From Armatimonadota bacterium (GTDB lineage: Bacteria > Armatimonadota > Armatimonadia > Armatimonadales > Armatimonadaceae): a stretch of DNA of 13,472 bases. Shown here piece by piece: positions 7,119 through 13,472 of this stretch; positions within the stretch are counted from its first letter, which is position 1; each line of letters starts with the position of its first letter. Position numbers and translations under genes: made by a program. Under the pieces are notes generated by a model. That model saw only the letters and a program-made list of their open reading frames with translations, searched no databases and had not been told where the DNA came from. The stretch is taken from NCBI GenBank assembly GCA_043754515.1, contig JAYUUO010000103.1, forward strand, positions 1 to 13,472, given 5' to 3'.

Positions 7119-8144
7119 CTACCGCGTGATCGTCACTTTCGACAGCCCGCGCGGGTTGTCCGGGTCCAGCCCCCGCGCCACTGTCAGGTAATACGCGAGA
7201 AGTTGCGCGGGCAGTATGTCCACGAGCGGCGACAGCAACTCGCTCCCCGGCGACACGAGCGGGATGTCCGCCCCGGACTCGGGCGAGAAGCGGATCACGC
7301 GGGCACCGCGCCCGGTCAACTTTTCCGCTAGCTCCGCCATTCCGGGGGCGGACCGGCCCTCCGGCTCGAAGAGTAGGCACGGCGTGCGCCCCGCCACCGA
7401 CGCGATCGGGCCGTGCAATAAATCGGCGGCGGAGAACGCCTGCGTAGTGGTCCCCGTCGTTTCCGCGATCTTGAGCGACGCCTCGATCGCCGTGGCGAGG
7501 TGCGGCCCGCGCGCCACTGTGACCATCTTCTCGGCGTGGAACAGCGTCTGCGCCAGCGTCCGCGCCAGCGGCTCCGCGAGCGAGAGCGCGGACGCGGTAG
7601 CCTCCGAAACCCGCGCCAGCGCGTCCGCGAACGCCGCGTCGCCGCTCCACGCGGCGGCGATCAGCGCGAACATGGCGAGGGTCGTTGTGTACGTTTTCGT
7701 CGCCGCGACCGCGCGTTCCGGCCCCGCGTGGCACAGGAGCAGATGCTCGGCGGTTCGCGCCAGTTTCGAGTCTTCCGTGTTCGTGATCGCCGCCGTGACC
7801 GCGCCCGCCTCCCGCGCCGCGCTCACGACTTCGCAAATATCCTCGCCCGCGCCCGATTGCGAGACGCCGATCACCAGTGCTTCGCGGTAATTGACCCGCG
7901 CCCCGTACAGCGTGTGGACGCTCGGCGCGGTCAACAACACGGGAATGCCGCACAGGATCTGGAGCAGGTACTTCGCGTAGATCGCCGCGTTGTCCGATGT
8001 CCCCCGCGCCGCCAGCGCGACGTAGCGAACATCCGCCGCCTTCACCGCGCGCACCAGCCCCTCGACGCCTGGCATGGCGTCATCCAGGACGCGGGCGATG
8101 GCGTCGGGCTGCTCGAATATCTCGCTATATAAAACAGAGCTCAT
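7119..8144 (-). CDS. Double-SIS-domain sugar-phosphate isomerase/deaminase (GlmS isomerase-like, probable NagB-II-type glucosamine-6-phosphate deaminase)
   Basis: Start at ATG 8144 (MSSVLYSEIFEQP) with AAGGA SD, 341 aa. Motifs RGTSDNA, SQSG, ERAVAATKTY, EASLKIAE, HGP and DPDNPRGLSKVT; no N-terminal glutamine amidotransferase domain. Confidence 0.85.
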   Translation of the reverse strand: MSSVLYSEIFEQPDAIARVLDDAMPGVEGLVRAVKAADVRYVALAARGTSDNAAIYAKYLLQILCGIPVLLTAPSVHTLYGARVNYREALVIGVSQSGAGEDICEVVSAAREAGAVTAAITNTEDSKLARTAEHLLLCHAGPERAVAATKTYTTTLAMFALIAAAWSGDAAFADALARVSEATASALSLAEPLARTLAQTLFHAEKMVTVARGPHLATAIEASLKIAETTGTTTQAFSAADLLHGPIASVAGRTPCLLFEPEGRSAPGMAELAEKLTGRGARVIRFSPESGADIPLVSPGSELLSPLVDILPAQLLAYYLTVARGLDPDNPRGLSKVTITR

Positions 8145-8180
8145 CGAAAGGGTTTCCTTGTCGGCCGCGGGGCCGACTAC

Positions 8181-8209
8181 AGGATAGCGATTCGCCTCGG
8201 GTTTTGCAA
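8181..8209 (-). promoter_or_regulatory. Sigma70-type promoter of the SIS gene
   Basis: On the minus strand TTGCAA (8209-8204), 17 nt, TATCCT (8186-8181). Confidence 0.6.
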
Positions 8210-8267
8210 GGGTGATATTGTGTGTTTGGCTGGCGAGTAGGGGGAGCGTGTGCCCTTTTCCCACACG

Positions 8268-9695
8268 CTACTTGATCGGGATCGTGAACGAGAACTCGGA
8301 ACCCACCCCTAGCTCCGATGCGACCGCCATCTCCCCCCCGTGCGCCTCGACCGCCATTTTGCAGAACGTCAGGCCCAGGCCGGTGCTATTCTTGCGCCCC
8401 GATTTGCGACCCTCGACCTGGCCGAACTTCTCGAATATCTTCCCGAACGCTTCTTTGGGAATCCCCTCGCCCGTGTCCGCGACGGAAAAGTAGAGCGTGC
8501 CGGGGCCGCCGAGGCGGGCGTGTACCGTCACCGTGCCGTTCTGCGGCGTGAACTTCAGCGCGTTCCCGAGCAGATTGATCAGCACCCGGCGCAGTTTATC
8601 GCTATCCGCCAGTGTCTCCGGCAAGCCGTCCGCGACGCTTCGGACCAGCGTGATCTGCTTCGCGTCCGCAAGGAAGGCGATCTGCCCGACCGCGGCGACC
8701 ACCACGTCGCTTGGCCGCACGGGGCCGTACTCGAGCTTCATCGAGCCGTCTTCCATCTTGGAAACGTCGAGTAGGTCGTTCACCAAACGGAGCAACGTCT
8801 GCGCCCCGTTGATAGACACGGCGAGCATTTCCGTCTGCAAGTCGTCGAGTCCGCCCAGACTTTCCAGCGTCTGCAAACCGGATAGTACCGACGTTAGCGG
8901 GGTGCGAAGATCATGAACCACCATGTGCGTCATGTCGTCGCGCATCTTCTCGGCGCGCAATAATCTCTCGTAGTTGTCTTGTAACTTTTGCATCAGCGCG
9001 AGTTCGCGGTCGTGGGCACGTTTCGCCCGCAGACAGGCGTTCACGCGGGCGCGAAGCAGGGTGCCATTATACGGCTTGGCGAGGTAGTCTTCCGCGCCCA
9101 TTTCCACGCACCGCGCCACCGCGTCAATGTCGCTAAGTGCCGACACCATGACCACGGGGATGTTGGACAGTGCCGGGTGGCTCTTGATGCGTTGCAATAC
9201 CTCGTAGCCATCCATTTCCGGCATGACGACATCGAGTAGCACCAGATCGAAGGGGCTGTTCGCCATTTCCACCAGAGCGGATAGGCCGTCGGATACGCTC
9301 ACCGTCTCATGACCGAGGCGGCTCAGGCGACGCGACAGCACGGAACGGTTCTCCTCGACGTCGTCCACGATCAGGATGCGCCCGTGTTCGGAACCGTCGA
9401 GTTTCGGCGAGCCAGCGGCGTCGCCCGCCAGTTCCTCCACGCTCGGCGGCGCGGTTACCGGCTCCGGCTCGGACTGCCACAGGGTCTCCGAGACGCGCTC
9501 GTCAATCAGGGTCAGAAGTTTTCGGGCGTTGGTATGGATCTTCTGCACGTCACGTGGGGTTTCCTGCCCCGCGTCCCGCGCATCCTCCATCAGTATCTCG
9601 GACAGGCCCAAGATAACCCCGACCGGGTTTCGCAGGTCGTGCCGAAGGCGGGATACGCCCGCCTGTATTGAGTCGTTCTCTTGTTGCGTTGCCAT
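8268..9695 (-). CDS. Cytoplasmic hybrid sensor kinase: DHp-like domain + receiver + HisKA + HATPase_c
   Basis: 475 aa. N-terminal H-box RHDLRNPVGVILG; REC (ILIVDD, LVLLDVVMP, YLAKP); second H-box HDLRTPLTS; N-box NLLGNALKFT; DTGEGIP; STGLGL. AGGGA SD; starts 33 nt after the upstream kinase. Confidence 0.92.
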   Translation of the reverse strand: MATQQENDSIQAGVSRLRHDLRNPVGVILGLSEILMEDARDAGQETPRDVQKIHTNARKLLTLIDERVSETLWQSEPEPVTAPPSVEELAGDAAGSPKLDGSEHGRILIVDDVEENRSVLSRRLSRLGHETVSVSDGLSALVEMANSPFDLVLLDVVMPEMDGYEVLQRIKSHPALSNIPVVMVSALSDIDAVARCVEMGAEDYLAKPYNGTLLRARVNACLRAKRAHDRELALMQKLQDNYERLLRAEKMRDDMTHMVVHDLRTPLTSVLSGLQTLESLGGLDDLQTEMLAVSINGAQTLLRLVNDLLDVSKMEDGSMKLEYGPVRPSDVVVAAVGQIAFLADAKQITLVRSVADGLPETLADSDKLRRVLINLLGNALKFTPQNGTVTVHARLGGPGTLYFSVADTGEGIPKEAFGKIFEKFGQVEGRKSGRKNSTGLGLTFCKMAVEAHGGEMAVASELGVGSEFSFTIPIK

Positions 9696-9728
9696 AAAAC
9701 CGTTCCCTAGTTCGGGCGGGGGGGCCGC

Positions 9729-12380
9729 CTAGTCGCCTTTCGCGCCGGAGCGCACTAGTGCCCGCACTTCCTGTAGCAGGGTCTCGCGGTTCCAAGATGA
9801 CTTCTGCATCACCCGTTCCACGTGCCCGTTCAGGCGTCTCTGATCCTCGGCCGTCAGGTCTTTCGCGGTCATCACTACGATGGGGATGGCGCGATAGCGC
9901 GGGTCCGCCCGCAATGTCTCCGCGAACTCGAAACCGTCCATCTCGGGCATCATTAAATCCAGCAGGATCAGTCGCGGGACGTAGCCGCCCGCGATGATGT
10001 CCCAGCCCACGCGCCCGTTCTCCGCCGTCTCGACGTGCCACCCTTCGCGCGTCAGTAGTTCGCGCATCAGGTTGCGCGAATTGGGATCGTCCTCTACCAC
10101 CAGCGCGTGACAGCCTTCCAAATTTTCCGCGTCGCACCGGAAGCGGTTCAACACGGCGAGCAGGCGCTCTTTGTCTACCGGCTTGCTCATGTAATCGGAC
10201 GCGCCCAGGGCGTACCCGAGGTTCTTGTCCTCGATCATGGACAGCATGATCACGGGGATGTCCACCGTGCGGGAATCATTCTTGAGCGATTGCAACACCG
10301 CCCAGCCGTCGCAACCGGGCATCATCACATCCAGCGTGATCGCGACCGGATGCATCGCCCGCGCTTTGGCCAGCCCGTCCTCGCCATTCGCGGCTTCCTC
10401 GACGTGGAACCCGTCGCGCGACAGAAGCCGATTCAACAGGTCGCGCGCCGCCGGGTCGTCGTCAATCACGAGCACGATCTCGCCACGCGGCGCGGTGGGC
10501 ACCTGCCCCTCCGCAAGCGTGGGAAACGCCGTCTGCGTGATGGCTTTGGGATCAGCGACCACGGCGGGCAGGGTGATCGTGAATGTGGTGCCGACGCTCG
10601 GGGTGCTTTCGACGCTTACGTCTCCGCCCATCATCTGCGCGAACCGGCGCGTGATCGCGAGGCCGAGGCCCGTGCCGCCGTACTTGCGCGTGGTGGACGC
10701 GTCGGCTTGCGTGAACGCCTCGAAGAGCCGCCCGAGTTGCGCCTCGTTCATGCCGATGCCGGTGTCCTTGATCGCGAAATGGATCAGGTCGCCGGATGGA
10801 GACGTGGCGCGGGAGACGGCGAGCGTGATCGCGCCGTTCTCGGTGAACTTGGCCGCGTTCGAGACGAGATTGAAAAGAGACTGACGGATCTTGGTCAGGT
10901 CGGCGACGATATTCCCGGCGTCCGGCGCGACATCCACGACCAGCGTGTTGTTTTTCTTTTTAATTAGCGTGTCAACCGTGGCCGCGACATCGGTCGCCAT
11001 GTCCTTGAGCGAGATTGTTTCCAGGTACAACTCCATCTTGCCCGCCTCGATCTTCGACAGGTCCAGGATGTCGTTGATGAGTGACAGAAGGTGCTTGCCC
11101 GCGCCGCTGATCCGCCGCAGATCCTGCTCGAAGTGGTCCATGCCCTCCTCTTCGGCCTCCTCCAAAAGCATTTCCGAGTAGCCGATGATCGCGTTTAGCG
11201 GCGTGCGCAGTTCGTGGCTCATGTTCGCTAGGAACATGGATTTGGTACGGTTCGCGGTCTCCGCCGCGTCGCGGGCACCGATCAATTCGGCCTCGAACGC
11301 TTTGCGCTCGGAAATATCGTGTAGCACGATCACGCTCCCGCTGACCGCCTCGCGCCCGTCCTGCTCCCCACGGAGGGGCGCGGCGGAAAGAGCCAGAGGC
11401 AACACCTCGCCGTTCCGCGTCAACTGCGTTTCGCTGATCGTGACCGGTTGGTTCGTCGCCACCGCGATCAGAGCCGGATGGCGGTCCATGCCTTCGGGGA
11501 GGGGGATCGGCAACACGCTCTCGACGGGCTGGTTCGCGACCTGTTTCGCCTCGCGCCCCAGGATCGCTTCCGCGGCGCGGTTGATGGACGTGATGGTGCC
11601 GCGCCGGTCTGTCGTCAGCACCCCGTCGCCGATAGAGCGTAGCGTAGTGGAGAGCCATTCCTCGCGCTGACGCAGCACGGCGGATTGGGTACGGATGGTG
11701 CTGTTCGCCTCGGTGTAGGAGTCGGAGAGTTGCTGGAGCTGGCGGCGCGACAGGTAGGATAACGCCCCGCCGCCGACCAGCGACCCCAGGAGTGCCACCA
11801 GAATCGCGGCGGCCGCCTCGCGCCGGGTGCGCTGGTTTCGGATTTTGGCGAGCATCTCCTCCTGCTCGATGAACTGGGCAAAGATGACCCGTAGCGTGTC
11901 CATGTTCGTCTTGCCTTCCAGGGTGATCTGGATCTTAACGCCGTTCTTGGTTTGTTCTATCTGGTCCACGCTCATCGCGCCGAGTTTGTCATAGATGGGT
12001 TGAATACCTTCGAGGATTTTCTCTTGCGGCTCGTTGTCTGCGACTAGCGTTTTGAGGGTGCCAAACGCGCCGTCGAACTTCGACAGGGAGTCGTTGTACG
12101 GCTCCAGGTAGACGGGGTTGCCGGTCAAGACATAGCCGCGCCGCCCGGTCTCTTGATCCAGCAGGAGCTTGACACACTCATGCGCTTGCGCCAGCACGAC
12201 GGCGGAGTGTTGCGCCCAGTCAGCCGCTTTGAGAAGACTATTAACCTGGGATACGAGGAAAAGTGCGATTATAGCAAGCAAAAGGAGCGGCAACAGGGTG
12301 GCACGCCCCAGCAGGACGCGGAAGGTTTTCTCCTCGACGCGGGCGGCCATGGCTTTCGTAGTGTCTTTAGTGGCGATCAT
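9729..12380 (-). CDS. Membrane-bound hybrid histidine kinase: TM-CHASE3-TM-PAS-HisKA-HATPase_c-REC-REC
   Basis: CHASE3 signature DQETGRRGYVLTG...LEPY...VADN between two hydrophobic helices; PAS (LRSIGDGVLTTD...HDISERK); MSHELRTPLNAIIG; NLVSNAAKFT; YGGTGLGL; two receivers (ITLDVMMP, LLDLMMP). The start is ATG 12380 or 12350, not 12602. Confidence 0.93.
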   Translation of the reverse strand: MIATKDTTKAMAARVEEKTFRVLLGRATLLPLLLLAIIALFLVSQVNSLLKAADWAQHSAVVLAQAHECVKLLLDQETGRRGYVLTGNPVYLEPYNDSLSKFDGAFGTLKTLVADNEPQEKILEGIQPIYDKLGAMSVDQIEQTKNGVKIQITLEGKTNMDTLRVIFAQFIEQEEMLAKIRNQRTRREAAAAILVALLGSLVGGGALSYLSRRQLQQLSDSYTEANSTIRTQSAVLRQREEWLSTTLRSIGDGVLTTDRRGTITSINRAAEAILGREAKQVANQPVESVLPIPLPEGMDRHPALIAVATNQPVTISETQLTRNGEVLPLALSAAPLRGEQDGREAVSGSVIVLHDISERKAFEAELIGARDAAETANRTKSMFLANMSHELRTPLNAIIGYSEMLLEEAEEEGMDHFEQDLRRISGAGKHLLSLINDILDLSKIEAGKMELYLETISLKDMATDVAATVDTLIKKKNNTLVVDVAPDAGNIVADLTKIRQSLFNLVSNAAKFTENGAITLAVSRATSPSGDLIHFAIKDTGIGMNEAQLGRLFEAFTQADASTTRKYGGTGLGLAITRRFAQMMGGDVSVESTPSVGTTFTITLPAVVADPKAITQTAFPTLAEGQVPTAPRGEIVLVIDDDPAARDLLNRLLSRDGFHVEEAANGEDGLAKARAMHPVAITLDVMMPGCDGWAVLQSLKNDSRTVDIPVIMLSMIEDKNLGYALGASDYMSKPVDKERLLAVLNRFRCDAENLEGCHALVVEDDPNSRNLMRELLTREGWHVETAENGRVGWDIIAGGYVPRLILLDLMMPEMDGFEFAETLRADPRYRAIPIVVMTAKDLTAEDQRRLNGHVERVMQKSSWNRETLLQEVRALVRSGAKGD

Positions 12381-12553
12381 AATAACGGTGTTCGGGCGCG
12401 TGGCGGGTGTGGCCGCGTCGCGCCTGAGGGCTTCCGTTCCTCTTGTACCCGGAATCGGGGGATATCTCACCCGCGTCGGGAGCGGCGCGGGGGGATGCGG
12501 TTCCTCTCCCGCCCGCGGATCGCGCGGGTTCGTATGTGGTACCCGTCCGCTCT

Positions 12554-12971
12554 CTACCGCAAGCGCATCGCCCGCCCTCGCCGCAACCGCCCCCGCAACC
12601 ATCCCGCCAACCCCACCCCCCCGCCGATTAGTAGCAACACCGCCGCCGGTTGCAGGATCGCGAACGCGTGCTGGTCAACGCCCGACGCCGCCAACCCCGC
12701 CACCAGTTTCTTGTCCGATATAGCGTTCGCGCTGTTCAGAGCGTCGAACGTACTGTTCGGTACGCCCGCCAGCACGCCCAGATCCTGCACCGTCCCCTGT
12801 CCGTCCGCGTTGTAGACCCACGCGCGTGCCCCCGACTGCGTTCCGACCGCCGCCCCGGACCCGTTAACGCCCAGCGTGCGCGTTCGTGCTGAAGAACGCC
12901 GCGCCGCCGAGCGCGGTGGTCAGGTCTTTGAACGTGCTCGTCGCGAAGTCGAACAGAAAGTGATTCCCCAT
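12554..12971 (-). pseudogene. Frameshifted remnant of an extracellular HAF-repeat protein with a PEP-CTERM-like tail
   Basis: ATG 12971 gives MGNHFLFDFATSTFKDLTTALGGAAFFSTNA, and this frame stops at 12864-12866. A shift near 12875 continues LGVNGSGAAVG...RAWVY...VQDLG...SANAISD...VAG...HAF, then hydrophobic AAVLLLIGGGVGLAGWL and a basic RGRLRR tail. The VPEP motif and a signal peptide are missing. Confidence 0.6.
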
Positions 12972-13155
12972 GGGAGTGCCTTCTCTTCGCGCGTACCGGG
13001 TCGGCGGTTCAGTGTACGGCGTGGTTCTCCGTGACCGGAGATGTGTCGCGCGTAGGGGCCATCCCGCCGTGGCATGATATTTGCTATGGTATCTGTCTTA
13101 GTCTGTTGTCCTCTCCAGCCGGACCATACACTAAAAAAGGAAATCTCGAAGACTC

Positions 13156-13472
13156 ATGCGCGTAATTCTAAAACCCGGCGGTGCCGCCCTGTTCGCCTTG
13201 TTACTAATCTCACTGATCGGTGTCATATCCGTGCGGATGAAACGGAACGCCGTGCCGACTCCCGCTGCCCCAGGGGCGGCCGCCCCCGTGCCGACTCCCG
13301 CTGCCCCAGGGGCGGCCGCCCCCATGCCGACTCCCGCTACCACGGGGACGGCCGCCCCCGCGACTGACGCGCCCGGAACCGAGATACTCAAGGACGGTAT
13401 GGAACAGTTCACGCCGTTCAAGCCTACCCCCACCCAGCGCGCGCGGATAACGGGCGACGTCGCGGTCGGGAT
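13156..13472 (+). CDS. Membrane-anchored or secreted protein with Pro/Ala/Thr linker (partial, runs off the window)
   Basis: Absent from the ORF track because it has no stop in the window. ATG 13156, AAGGA upstream. MRVILKPGGAALFALLLISLIGVISVRMKRN (one TM or signal segment), then three VPTPAAPGAAAP-type repeats, then EILKDGMEQFTPFKPTPTQRARITGDVAVG. Confidence 0.7.
   Translation, partial: MRVILKPGGAALFALLLISLIGVISVRMKRNAVPTPAAPGAAAPVPTPAAPGAAAPMPTPATTGTAAPATDAPGTEILKDGMEQFTPFKPTPTQRARITGDVAVG
13252..13359 (+). repeat. In-frame 36-bp tandem repeat, 3 copies
   Basis: GTGCCGACTCCCGCTGCCCCAGGGGCGGCCGCCCCC is identical at 13252-13287 and 13288-13323; the third copy at 13324-13359 has 5 mismatches. 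Confidence 0.95.

Noticed and set aside
7119..8264. glmS with a glmS ribozyme, or a start at 8264
   Set aside because: No glutamine amidotransferase domain; the predicted leader is about 30 nt; the 40-codon extension spans the gene's own promoter.
662..11670. Long alternative-frame and antisense ORFs (e.g. 871-1791, 7084-7953, 10107-10967, 10972-11658)
   Set aside because: They shadow well-supported genes, lack motifs, and are expected from stop-codon scarcity in GC-rich DNA.
12381..12602. N-terminal extension of the CHASE3 kinase (957-aa call)
   Set aside because: Pro/Arg-rich sequence that overlaps the HAF remnant; ATG 12380 or 12350 places TM1 at a normal distance from the start.
13252..13359. 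36-bp repeats as a CRISPR array
   Set aside because: Copies are directly tandem with no spacers, are in frame within a CDS, and no cas genes are in the window.

Overview
GC-rich bacterial chromosomal window; the HAF/PEP-CTERM remnant and split gcvP are compatible with a lineage such as Armatimonadota, but that is weak inference. Left to right: a hairpin/terminator zone; a minus-strand glycine cleavage cluster gcvT-gcvH-gcvPA with no adjacent gcvPB; a divergent ABC-F ATPase; a stand-alone protein with a C-terminal minimal J-domain; a pseudogenised secreted DUF4344-type HExxH metallopeptidase (two in-frame stops and a frameshift); a SIS-only sugar-phosphate isomerase/deaminase; a two-gene hybrid histidine kinase module (CHASE3-PAS-HK-REC-REC, then DHp-like-REC-HK); a frameshifted HAF-repeat/PEP-CTERM-like remnant; and the start of a membrane-anchored protein with 36-bp tandem repeats. 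I see no mobile element, CRISPR array or complete RNA gene. Nothing here is demonstrably a new system. The best leads are the kinase pair with an orphan DHp domain, the J-domain protein, the atypical ABC-F and a structured element between gcvH and gcvPA. All family calls come from motifs recognised by eye, not from database searches.
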